Of a stretch of DNA of 64,000 bases, positions 1 to 8,861 are shown in pieces. The DNA is taken from NCBI GenBank assembly GCA_008501765.1, contig QQUE01000002.1, forward strand, positions 244,336 through 308,335, read 5' to 3'. Positions within the stretch are counted from its first letter, which is position 1. Each line of letters starts with the position of its first letter. The position numbers and the translations under genes are program-made. The notes under the pieces are model-generated. The model ran no database searches and was not told where the DNA came from. It worked only from the letters and a program-made list of their open reading frames with translations. The DNA is from Calditrichota bacterium. Lineage in GTDB: Bacteria > Zhuqueibacterota > Zhuqueibacteria > Zhuqueibacterales > Geothermadaptataceae.

Positions 1-30
1 AATATAAATATTTACTTATCATCGAATGCC

Positions 31-594
31 TCATTCTATTTTTCCTGAGCTGTCCATGCAGCGCAATAAAACTCTGTGTTTGTCCTGATCATCAAGTAGT
101 TCTGCCAGTTTTGTATAGAGGCGGTCGCCAATCCAGATTTCATAGGGTAATGTTTGGCTGAGTACAGAAACTTTAGCCCCGCGCGTCAGCGATAGCGCGT
201 GACGATAATCTTCACACGCCGCAGCCATTTTTTTCGCATCCCCATCCGCCACATCAATATTGGCGAGCGCTTTTAAAAAGAGAGCCCGGGCAGCGATCGT
301 TTTATAATTCTCCAGGGTAAATGTTTTGATCCGTTGCAATGTTTTATAAATCTCCAAAACACGAATCGTATAACCGGACAACAGTTCATCAAAAGCCTGG
401 CGTTCCTGATTGGTGATCGTGCTGCGCTCCAGTGCTTGCATTTCCTGAAAAACCTCGATAACCTTTATTTCATATTTTACCATCAGTTTTTCGAGACTGG
501 CTTCGATTTGTTGAGCACTGGCAGATGGCAGTGTAAAAATAAAAAATAACACACCAAAAAGTGTGAATCCGTTAAATCTAAATAATTTCTTCAT
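31..594 (-). CDS. Hypothetical secreted protein (N-terminal signal peptide)
   Basis: 187-aa ORF with a hydrophobic signal peptide (MKKLFRFNGFTLFGVLFFIFTLPSASAQ). No recognisable catalytic motif. Last gene of a minus-strand run of secreted/membrane proteins. Confidence 0.45.
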   Translation of the reverse strand: MKKLFRFNGFTLFGVLFFIFTLPSASAQQIEASLEKLMVKYEIKVIEVFQEMQALERSTITNQERQAFDELLSGYTIRVLEIYKTLQRIKTFTLENYKTIAARALFLKALANIDVADGDAKKMAAACEDYRHALSLTRGAKVSVLSQTLPYEIWIGDRLYTKLAELLDDQDKHRVLLRCMDSSGKIE

Positions 595-615
595 TGTCCA
601 AAATTTCCTGCGCGT

Positions 616-2055
616 TTAATATCTATTTGAGGAAATATTCATACGATTTACCAGGCATTTCCGTATTGGCCGCAGCCAATGCAACACGGTTTGCAGGCCA
701 AATCGATTGGCGATTTGCTGATAAACATCCACGAATAAAATCAGATTTGAAGCCTTATCGGCGCTGGCTTTGCTGCAGAGCTCACTTTGACTTAATTTTG
801 AGGAATGCAATGCTGCTTTCCAGGCTTTATCAATCATATCAACCGCGAAAGATTCATCGCCGGTCTCGTATCCAACATCTGCCAATCGCAGATAGAGCTC
901 TTCGTAGCCGTCCCATTTAAATTTCTGTTTCCAGCCGCCTTTGCGGTCCGGAATCAACAACTCATCTCCCACGCGCCGGGCTTTATAGTAGGCATTCAAT
1001 CGGTCGGTGGAATCTGCCAGGCTAAAATAATAATCTACCAGTCTGAAAATAGAATTGCCGTATACTTTTTTGATCTCATTTTCAAGCGTAATTGTAATAT
1101 TCGGTCGCCGTTCCACCAGCAATCCATAAGCCTGGGCGGCCTTTTCACGGGCATAAAGCAACTCCGTTTCAGCCAGCCTGTCGGTACTGTTTTTTTCCAT
1201 GTGCAGAGCAACTTTCGTCAACTCTTTCAGCATTTCGACCTGCCGTTCAATGCTCTTTGAAAAGCGTAAGGCGAGCTCCAGATTCGTGCGTGTTTTCCGG
1301 TAAGTATAATCATCCGGACTTTGGATAAACTCCTGTTCGGCTGCGAAACCACGTGCCCGCCATTCATTGCCGCGTAAATTATAATTGTCTTCTATGGCGC
1401 GTTTGCGGTAAACATCAAAAAACAGACGGTCTTCCTGCTGCAAATGTCCCTGTTCTGCGAGGTCACAAGCCTGGCGCACCATAAAGCTGGCGAATCGGCC
1501 GGTGGTCATTGCGCTATCCGCTGGTGTAACGGTCAGCTCAACGGCCTGCTTAACGAAGATTTTCAGGTTTTTTATCAGCTCGTCATCGAGTGTCCACTCC
1601 TGGTTGGCATACATGCTGAGGATGCCATCCCAGGACGAAACAAGTCCATCGAGCATGTTGCCATTTTGCAGGTTGATTGCATGCAAGGTCTGCATGTATC
1701 CAAAATTAAACGCAACATTGGGATCGCCGTAAAGTTCGTAGCTTTTTTGCAGGGAGGCAATCGCCTCTGTCAGCAAATCCAGATCCTGCTCTTCGTTAAA
1801 AAGCTTGAACTCTGACAGCCCCTTGTACAAATAAACGTTCTTCATCACATTGGTATAGCGGCATTCAGGTTCCGCATAACTTTGTTCACACTGCAAAATA
1901 ATTTGACGGCATAAATCCACGGTTTCCTTTGATTTTTGCCCCTCGTATGCTGTCTTTGTACGTTCAAAAAGATCGGCTACCTTTTGTCCTTGTGCCGACG
2001 CATCGATCGTGACAATCAAAGAAAATGCTAAAAATAGATTAAAATAGGTTTTCAT
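616..2055 (-). CDS. Hypothetical secreted protein
   Basis: 479-aa ORF with an N-terminal signal peptide (MKTYFNLFLAFSLIVTIDASAQG). Tightly spaced with neighbours (stop/start 3-22 bp apart), suggesting an operon. Confidence 0.5.
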   Translation of the reverse strand: MKTYFNLFLAFSLIVTIDASAQGQKVADLFERTKTAYEGQKSKETVDLCRQIILQCEQSYAEPECRYTNVMKNVYLYKGLSEFKLFNEEQDLDLLTEAIASLQKSYELYGDPNVAFNFGYMQTLHAINLQNGNMLDGLVSSWDGILSMYANQEWTLDDELIKNLKIFVKQAVELTVTPADSAMTTGRFASFMVRQACDLAEQGHLQQEDRLFFDVYRKRAIEDNYNLRGNEWRARGFAAEQEFIQSPDDYTYRKTRTNLELALRFSKSIERQVEMLKELTKVALHMEKNSTDRLAETELLYAREKAAQAYGLLVERRPNITITLENEIKKVYGNSIFRLVDYYFSLADSTDRLNAYYKARRVGDELLIPDRKGGWKQKFKWDGYEELYLRLADVGYETGDESFAVDMIDKAWKAALHSSKLSQSELCSKASADKASNLILFVDVYQQIANRFGLQTVLHWLRPIRKCLVNRMNISSNRY

Positions 2056-2057
2056 AC

Positions 2058-3008
2058 TTACGACCTGATTTGGTTTAGATTTAATCTGGTGAGTGCTGCA
2101 ACAGCCTGTTTAAGCTCATCAATTCGATTTCTTTTACTTTTTCCCTGAACTATAATTTTTGTAGTTCCCCGTTTCCAAATAATTTTATGGGATGTCCCGT
2201 CGGCAAATCCCAGGTCGGCAATGATCGTCCGGCCCTGTTTTTTCAATAAATCATGCAATGCACCATACCGGCCTTTGTCCCACCGGTCAAACTCAGCGTT
2301 GATTCGATTCCAAAGCGGGTATTCGTTAATATCTATATTAATATCTGAGGAGGCCAAGACTACTGAAACATCAGCCTGCAGGAAATCGGTATCTGTTTTT
2401 CCAGGATTTTTCTCCGGCCGCTTTGATTTTAAAGGCTCACTTTCGGACAGGGATACTTTTGGTGCATCCGCAAACTTGTCGCGCGTCTGCATCGTTGTTC
2501 CGACATCGAAATCCAGGTTTGACGGTCCACTGCTCAACCTGCCAACATCCAGATTGGCGCCAATGCTTTGCGATGCATCGAATCCACTGTTTCGGCCCCG
2601 TTCAGCCGAAAGCCTGGACAATTGATTCAACGCCGAATGGTTGAGCAAATTGGCAGAAACATCACTCAATTTCAGGTCAACGGACTCTACTTTTCGCCGA
2701 TTGTTCTCCGGCACGGCTTTTATCGGTGTCTCGATTTTTTCTGGTACAACAGCCGCAATATCTATTTTTTGCACTGGAGGTAAAACTTTCGTCATTGGTT
2801 TTTTTAACCGTTTAATGATTTCGACTTGCAGCGCCTCAAGCTCTGCCAATTTTATCTGCGAAAGATCACTCTTTCGCAATTCAATATGGCGCGCAAAAAA
2901 TGAAAAAGTTAGCACGATAACAAGGGAGGCCACCAAACTGCGATGCATGCGCCGCGAATGAAATTTTCTATATGTTTTGCCGGGATTATCAATGAGTTGT
3001 GTAATCAT
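2058..3008 (-). CDS. Membrane-anchored hypothetical protein (N-terminal TM anchor, Pro/charge-rich linker)
   Basis: 316-aa ORF. Short cytoplasmic N-terminus, one TM helix (LVASLVIVLTFSFF), an extended low-complexity linker and a C-terminal globular part. Architecture is TonB/anti-sigma-like, but no diagnostic motif was seen. Confidence 0.4.
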   Translation of the reverse strand: MITQLIDNPGKTYRKFHSRRMHRSLVASLVIVLTFSFFARHIELRKSDLSQIKLAELEALQVEIIKRLKKPMTKVLPPVQKIDIAAVVPEKIETPIKAVPENNRRKVESVDLKLSDVSANLLNHSALNQLSRLSAERGRNSGFDASQSIGANLDVGRLSSGPSNLDFDVGTTMQTRDKFADAPKVSLSESEPLKSKRPEKNPGKTDTDFLQADVSVVLASSDINIDINEYPLWNRINAEFDRWDKGRYGALHDLLKKQGRTIIADLGFADGTSHKIIWKRGTTKIIVQGKSKRNRIDELKQAVAALTRLNLNQIRS

Positions 3009-3204
3009 TTTATTTGCAATGAGATAGCAAGATGGCTATCAATTTCCTTTGGGATAAATGTATATGGATTTAATTGAACTTAAAATCAGGAATACAATTA
3101 TCTTCGTTTCAACTTTCCTGTTAATTTACACGTCCTCTTATGTAATGTTTTTTGTCATCCTGAATACAATTTGTGGAAATTCAACCGAGGCAATTTTAAA
3201 TATA

Positions 3205-4194
3205 TTAGAAACCACCCGGCATTGCTGCCGGTTTTCGTTTGCTAGATTTAATAAACAGGCATTGCAAAATCGTTTCCGGAGCCTGATAATTAAATTCTTC
3301 AAATTCCGTTGTTAGCCTCTGAAAATTTTTTAAATCGAGACGCAAGCCGTACAATCTTTCTTCACCAAACTTAAAAACAATAGGCCCGTGCTTGGGTGTT
3401 AAGCCCATCACAATCCCTTTTCCGAGAAAAATTGCCGGATACTTTTTCGTAGGATTAAACTCATCGATGAGATTAAATGTATCCGCAAAAGATAGCTTAC
3501 TAAGCCCCAATGGTTTCTGTACGGTTGTTGTTTTTTTACTGCGGGAAAGTAATTGGTAAATCTGATCAATTTTCCCTTTTTCAGTCAGAAGGAGCACTTC
3601 GTCCGCTTTTTCCAGCACTTTTATAAAAGCAGATTTTTCCATTGAAACCGGGATAGCCTGATAGTGGTCCTCCGGGTGCATAAATCGAGTCGCTATGCGC
3701 GTAAGTATCGTCACCGGGGATTCAATAGTCCGCCGCACTTCAATATCGAGTATTTTTACCTGATAACTGGCTACTTTAATCTGGTTATCCGCTTGCGGCA
3801 AATTTATATAAATTGTATAATCCCGCTTCAAATTATCCGGGCGTGGCGGTTTGGACTCCAAAAGCGTCAATAAATCGTCCCGCACTTCCACCTGTCTGTT
3901 ACGCAAAGACTGCAAAATCGCTCGGTGAACAGCCTGAATCGCATTCTCTTCGAGTTCGATTTCTTCATAGGCGCAGCCAAATGTTTGGATGTAGTTGTCA
4001 CGTTTCAAATCCGCTTCCAGCGGTTTGGTCATAAAATTTCGCATTATCTGCAAAGTTGTTGATGAATTATCGTCTTGCCAGCAGTTCCTTCGGGAGACAT
4101 CACCGTTTGATGATTCATTTCTTTGAAATCTATCGTGTGATTGAGCACAGGAGAGCATTAACATACAAAGTGTGAATCCAAAAATTCTTCTCAT
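3205..4194 (-). CDS. Hypothetical lipoprotein
   Basis: 329-aa ORF with a lipoprotein-type signal (…MLMLSCAQ). No recognisable domain. Confidence 0.45.
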   Translation of the reverse strand: MRRIFGFTLCMLMLSCAQSHDRFQRNESSNGDVSRRNCWQDDNSSTTLQIMRNFMTKPLEADLKRDNYIQTFGCAYEEIELEENAIQAVHRAILQSLRNRQVEVRDDLLTLLESKPPRPDNLKRDYTIYINLPQADNQIKVASYQVKILDIEVRRTIESPVTILTRIATRFMHPEDHYQAIPVSMEKSAFIKVLEKADEVLLLTEKGKIDQIYQLLSRSKKTTTVQKPLGLSKLSFADTFNLIDEFNPTKKYPAIFLGKGIVMGLTPKHGPIVFKFGEERLYGLRLDLKNFQRLTTEFEEFNYQAPETILQCLFIKSSKRKPAAMPGGF

Positions 4195-4656
4195 AAAAAT
4201 TACCTTAAATCAGCTCTGTAAAATATGTATAATAAAATAATAGCCGTTTTTGTGCAGAATCGAACGACGGCTCTGAAATGGAAAGCGGTGTTATAATGAA
4301 TACGTTCAAAGATAGCATTTTGCATAGCAGGATATTTTGTTTTAGCAATTTAATTTTACAAGGCCTTAGCACGTGAAATATAACCAGGTCAATTTGGATT
4401 TTTTGGACTTTGATTTTGGACATATTTAAAAATGTAAAATCAGGAGCGATATGGTGATAATAACACATGTTTTGGCAAAGACAGCACGTTTTAATTCCGT
4501 TATTTTGATCAAGTTGCAACCAAGTCGTGCAGATATTTTATGCTATCCTTATTCCCACTATTGATAATAGACTCGAATCTGCAAGGAGAACTCAAATCGT
4601 CCTTTCATAATTGGGTTAATTTTTCTTCAATTATTTCAGGCCGACGATATTGATTT

Positions 4657-4943
4657 ATTGATTAGGTCTTTAGCTCCGCGGCCTTTTTCTTAAACGGCCT
4701 TCGAAAAATGGCGTTAAGAACTTTTTGAGAATTTCCGTTAAGAATCATTTTTTGTTTGAGCGCAGCGAGTTTAAAATGATTTAGGAAATTCTCAAAAAGT
4801 TTAGCCGATTTTTCGTCAGCCTTGATTTTTTTGTTTCTTTTTTGATCAAGCAAAGCCAGCGGCCGGCGAAGCAAAAAGAAAATGCACAACACATTAAAAA
4901 TTTTGCAATTGAATTAAGTACAGCGGAGCTAAGGTCACAATCA
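4657..4943 (-). mobile_element. MITE-like non-autonomous element, copy A (~287 bp; imperfect TIRs; perfect 8-bp TSD AAATCAAT)
   Basis: Reverse-complement of 4657-4943 aligns almost base-for-base with 47268-47534. Ends carry imperfect inverted termini (TGATTGTGACCYTAGCTCCGC … GCGGAGCTAAAGRCCTAATCAAT). An 8-bp direct repeat AAATCAAT flanks both ends. Contains a ~20-bp internal indel relative to copy B. Confidence 0.7.
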
Positions 4944-5282
4944 ATTGATTTATTTGTGATCGATATTTTAAGAAACAATAAGTTAGGAGAATAATCTTGA
5001 CATAAGTGCGGATAATCTATATATTTCGCGATTCATTTAGGCTCAAATTTTGCAAAACTTACACTATATTTGCTGCACGGTATTTCCTCTTTATACATAG
5101 ATATCATGTAATATGCCGCGCCTTTATACGAATTTGGTAAAATTAAAACCCTGAATATAACGCAAATATCTGCCAAAGCACGTTAGTGCGCGGCGCTTTA
5201 ACATTGAGTCATGAATAATCGTACTTATAAATTTTGTTGTAAAATTTTTACTCTCATTTCGATTTAAAATACAGGATATCCC

Positions 5283-6713
5283 ATGGCAAAAGGAATTACG
5301 AAAAGATCTGTCGACTACTCGCGTTGGTATACTGATGTTATAGCTGCGGCTCAACTTGCTGACCATGCCCCGGTTAAAGGATGCATGGTGATCCGCCCCA
5401 CTGGATATGCCATTTGGGAAAAAATGCAAGCGGCGCTGGATAAACTTTTTAAGGATACCGGGCACGAAAACGCCTATTTCCCTATCTTCATTCCGGAACA
5501 TTTTATGAAAAAAGAAGCCGAGCATGTGGAAGGTTTCGCCCCGGAATGCGCTGTTGTCACCCACGGTGGCGGAAAAAAACTGGAAGAACCCCTCTTTATT
5601 CGCCCGACTTCTGAAACGATTATTTGGTCGATGTACAAAGATTGGATCCAATCCTATCGCGATCTGCCACTGCTAATAAATCAGTGGGCCAACGTGGTTC
5701 GTTGGGAAATGCGCACGCGCTTGTTCCTGCGAACGACTGAATTTTTATGGCAGGAAGGGCACACAGCTCACGCAACTTACGAAGAAGCTGAGGCCGAAAC
5801 CCGGCAGATGCTCGAAGTGTACCGGATATTTGCGGAAGATCACATGGCTGTTCCCGTACTCACCGGAGTCAAAACCGAGCGTGAAAAATTTGCCGGTGCG
5901 CTGCATACCTATTGCATCGAAGCTATGATGCAGGATACCAAAGCGCTGCAAGCAGGAACCTCCCACAATCTCGGCCAAAATTTTGCCAAAGCATTTGACG
6001 TTACTTTTCAAAATGAAGCTGGCGAGCTGGAAAGTGTCTGGGCGACGAGCTGGGGAGTTTCAACGCGTTTAATCGGGGCACTAATCATGACCCACAGCGA
6101 TGATAATGGATTGGTCTTGCCACCTAAATTGGCGACAATTCCAGTTGTGCTCATCCCGATCTGGAAAAGTGACGAAGAAAAGCAAGCTGTTTTGCGCCGG
6201 GTCGAAAATTTGACTCGGGATTGGAAGGGTAAATTTAATTTTAAAATTGATGACCGGGACAATGTCAGACCGGGCTGGAAGTTCAATGAATGGGAGAAAA
6301 AAGGCATTCCAATCCGGCTGGAAATTGGGCCGAGGGACCTGGAAGCAAACGAAATCGTCCTGGTTCGCCGTGATACTAGCCAAAAGGTTCGTGTCTCACA
6401 GGATAATTTGACAGACCGCATCATCACAATGCTGGATACAATCCAGGCCGATATGTATGATCGGGCCGTGGCATTCCGCAAGGAAAACACGCACAAAGTT
6501 GATGATTATGAAGAGTTTAAACAACGTCTTGATTCTGAGGGTGGATTTTATTTAATCCATTGGAATGGTGAAACTTCCAGCGAAGAGAAGTTGCAGAATG
6601 AGACAAAAGCAACGATTCGTTGCATTCCCTTTGATGCACCCCAGGAAGCGGGGAAATGCCTGATTACCGGGGAGCCTTCAAAACGAAGAGTTGTTGTTGC
6701 ACGAGCCTACTAA
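5283..6713 (+). CDS. proS: Proline--tRNA ligase (class II, archaeal/eukaryotic-like type-3 ProRS)
   Basis: 476-aa ORF with clear class-II aaRS motifs and a ProRS C-terminal region (…[10 protein letters not shown]…[24 protein letters not shown]…[16 protein letters not shown]…). The short form lacking an insertion domain is typical of Bacteroidota-like type-3 ProRS. Confidence 0.95.
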   Translation: MAKGITKRSVDYSRWYTDVIAAAQLADHAPVKGCMVIRPTGYAIWEKMQAALDKLFKDTGHENAYFPIFIPEHFMKKEAEHVEGFAPECAVVTHGGGKKLEEPLFIRPTSETIIWSMYKDWIQSYRDLPLLINQWANVVRWEMRTRLFLRTTEFLWQEGHTAHATYEEAEAETRQMLEVYRIFAEDHMAVPVLTGVKTEREKFAGALHTYCIEAMMQDTKALQAGTSHNLGQNFAKAFDVTFQNEAGELESVWATSWGVSTRLIGALIMTHSDDNGLVLPPKLATIPVVLIPIWKSDEEKQAVLRRVENLTRDWKGKFNFKIDDRDNVRPGWKFNEWEKKGIPIRLEIGPRDLEANEIVLVRRDTSQKVRVSQDNLTDRIITMLDTIQADMYDRAVAFRKENTHKVDDYEEFKQRLDSEGGFYLIHWNGETSSEEKLQNETKATIRCIPFDAPQEAGKCLITGEPSKRRVVVARAY

Positions 6714-6720
6714 TTCTGAA

Positions 6721-6750
6721 AAGCCACACTCGATCAAGTGTGGCTTTTTA
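6721..6750 (+). terminator. Rho-independent terminator after proS
   Basis: Hairpin AAGCCACACT-cgatca-AGTGTGGCTT followed by a T-run. Confidence 0.6.
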
Positions 6751-6855
6751 CTTTATATAGCGCCCATGTATTTTGCTGTTTTTTCATTTGGATTAAATTT
6801 ATACATTGATAGTCGTCATTTAGCAGCAAAGAGACTAATTGAGAGTTATTTTCAC

Positions 6856-7521
6856 ATGAAGCAATCACTTTTTATCATCGTAATTTTTACTATTTTTTCA
6901 GGTGCGAGTTGGTCGATCTGGGAATATCGCCATGCGACAATTCCAGTTACTGATATCGACGCGATGAAAAAGGTTGAGTATAAAAAAGGCACGACATTTG
7001 AGAAAATATTCTGGATTGATAAGTACGAAGTTTCCAACGGACAATATTGGCGCTGGGATGAATCACTCCAGTTTCCCGAACACAAAGTTGACTATCCGGT
7101 GACCGGAATTACCTGGTTTCAGGCGCAAGACTATGCTGCACACGTCGGTAAACGTTTGCCGACAAAGGAAGAATGGATGCTCGCCACGAAAGTAACGCTT
7201 GGAGATGAATTTAATCCCTGGGATTCCATCGACCGAATCCCTTATGTCCCTGAACCCGGGGATACCCACATTTATCGTGTTGGTAAATTTTGGCGCGACC
7301 GCACCGCGATCGGTTTAGCCAACATGTCGAGCAATGCCTGGGAATGGACTGCCGATACCTTGCGTTTGGCTGACAGTTCCCTTGCTGCCATTGTAAAAGG
7401 CGGATTCATCTATAAAAAGAAGAAATTACACTTCAAAGGAATCGAAAAAACAGATACAGTGCGTGTAAACGAAACCCGGCCTGATTTGGGCTTCCGCTGT
7501 ATCCGGGATAAAAATAAATGA
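6856..7521 (+). CDS. FGE-sulfatase (formylglycine-generating enzyme/SUMF1-like) domain protein
   Basis: YEVSNGQYWRW…DYPVTGITWFQAQDYAAHVGKRLPTKEEW…NAWEWTAD…GGF pattern characteristic of the FGE-sulfatase (DUF323) fold. The N-terminal TM/signal anchor begins at the internal Met (MKQSLFIIVIF…). Overlaps era by 4 bp (ATGA). Confidence 0.75.
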   Translation: MKQSLFIIVIFTIFSGASWSIWEYRHATIPVTDIDAMKKVEYKKGTTFEKIFWIDKYEVSNGQYWRWDESLQFPEHKVDYPVTGITWFQAQDYAAHVGKRLPTKEEWMLATKVTLGDEFNPWDSIDRIPYVPEPGDTHIYRVGKFWRDRTAIGLANMSSNAWEWTADTLRLADSSLAAIVKGGFIYKKKKLHFKGIEKTDTVRVNETRPDLGFRCIRDKNK

Positions 7522-8423
7522 TTACCGGTCAAGACTTTTCAAAATATAAATGTGGTTATGTGGCTATTCTCGGTCGCCCCAATGTCGGAAAATCGACTTT
7601 ACTGAACACGGTACTGGCATTTAAACTCTGCATCGTTACCCCAAAACCACAAACAACGCGGCACCGCATTCTCGGCATCCACTGCGAAGATGATTTGCAG
7701 ATAATTTTTCTCGATACTCCCGGTATCATAAAACCGCGTTACAAACTGCACGAATATTTGGTAAAATCTGCAGAAGGAGCAGCCAAAAGTGCCGACCTGC
7801 ACCTTTTCCTCATCGATGCAAGCGAGAAGTTACACGACACAGAAGCAACCCTGCTTGCCGGCCTCGCAAAACAAAACAAACCGATAATTATTTGCATCAA
7901 CAAAGTGGATAAAATTGCGAAAGCAACTCTTCTGCCTTTGATCGAAAAATGCGCCGCCCTCCCGGGAATTGTCGATGTCGTCCCAGTTTCTGCACTCAAA
8001 AATGATGGTATTAATGCGCTTCTCGCGGGCATCAAAAAACGGCTCCCGCACAGTCCGCCTCTCTACCCGGTAGATCAATTGACAACAGCGCCCGAACGTT
8101 TTTTTGTTTCAGAATTAATTCGCGAAAGTATTTTTAATAATTACGGCGATGAGGTGCCTTATTCAGCGACCGTTTCTGTAGAAGAATTTAAAGAACGTGA
8201 GGGGAGAAAAGACTACATTCGCGCGACGATTTTGGTTGAGCGAAGCTCTCAAAAAGGAATTCTTATCGGAAAAAAAGGAACAGCTTTAAAAAAAGTCGGC
8301 GCGGAAGCGCGAAAAGAAATTGAGCTCATGCTCGATAGAAAAGTCTTCCTCGATCTCTTTGTCGCTGTGCGCCCGAAATGGCGCGAAAATGAGAATATGC
8401 TCAAAAACCTGGGATACAATTAA
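7518..8423 (+). CDS. era: GTPase Era
   Basis: G1 GRPNVGKST, G3 DTPG, G4 NKVD, and a C-terminal KH domain (…ILIGKKGTALKKVG…). 301 aa. Confidence 0.95.
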   Translation: MITGQDFSKYKCGYVAILGRPNVGKSTLLNTVLAFKLCIVTPKPQTTRHRILGIHCEDDLQIIFLDTPGIIKPRYKLHEYLVKSAEGAAKSADLHLFLIDASEKLHDTEATLLAGLAKQNKPIIICINKVDKIAKATLLPLIEKCAALPGIVDVVPVSALKNDGINALLAGIKKRLPHSPPLYPVDQLTTAPERFFVSELIRESIFNNYGDEVPYSATVSVEEFKEREGRKDYIRATILVERSSQKGILIGKKGTALKKVGAEARKEIELMLDRKVFLDLFVAVRPKWRENENMLKNLGYN

Positions 8424-8451
8424 ACAGGACTAACTTGTACTGGTTGCACCG

Positions 8452-8706
8452 GTGCCTACAATTCAATTACCTGGAATTATTTGGATGAAATGGATTTCAA
8501 TAGAAAAACTAGTTTTGATTGCTTCGGGGATTTTAGCCATCACTTTATTAAACCAATCCGCCCCTCCTCTGCTTGCTAAAGCTGGACTCACGGCTTTTTT
8601 CTCGGTAGCAATTTTTCAGCGCATAAAAGAAAAGGTTCCTCAACTGCTTGCCCAATCGATATTGTGGGCAGGAATGTTCGTCGCTTTTATTTATGAATTA
8701 TTCTGA
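8452..8706 (+). CDS. Small hypothetical membrane protein
   Basis: 84-aa ORF with two predicted TM helices directly downstream of era. No other support. Confidence 0.3.
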   Translation: MPTIQLPGIIWMKWISIEKLVLIASGILAITLLNQSAPPLLAKAGLTAFFSVAIFQRIKEKVPQLLAQSILWAGMFVAFIYELF

Positions 8707-8861
8707 AAAATTGTATAAAAATAAGTTTGTGAAACCGCTTCCAGCTTTTTCTTGCATTTTTATTAAAATATAATATTTTTCTTCTCATTGTTATTAATTT
8801 CTACTTACTTCTTCCGATTTTTAACAGGAAGCATTTAAATCAATTACAATAGGAAGTTTAG

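Noticed and set aside
4205-4519. 104-aa ORF in the AT-rich region next to MITE copy A
   Set aside because: AT-rich, Cys/Ile/Leu-rich translation with no start context. Likely intergenic.
4662-4892. 76-aa ORF, and its 70-aa homologue at 47317-47529, inside the MITE copies
   Set aside because: Conservation is at the DNA level. The ORFs are Lys-rich with low complexity and no RBS, and one copy is truncated by the internal indel. Most likely they are non-coding. A small transposition-related peptide cannot be fully excluded.
5124-5651. 175-aa antisense ORF overlapping the proS start, and similar antisense ORFs inside era, glgP, the ATPase, acs and others
   Set aside because: They lie fully within or opposite well-supported genes and lack motifs. 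They are typical six-frame noise.
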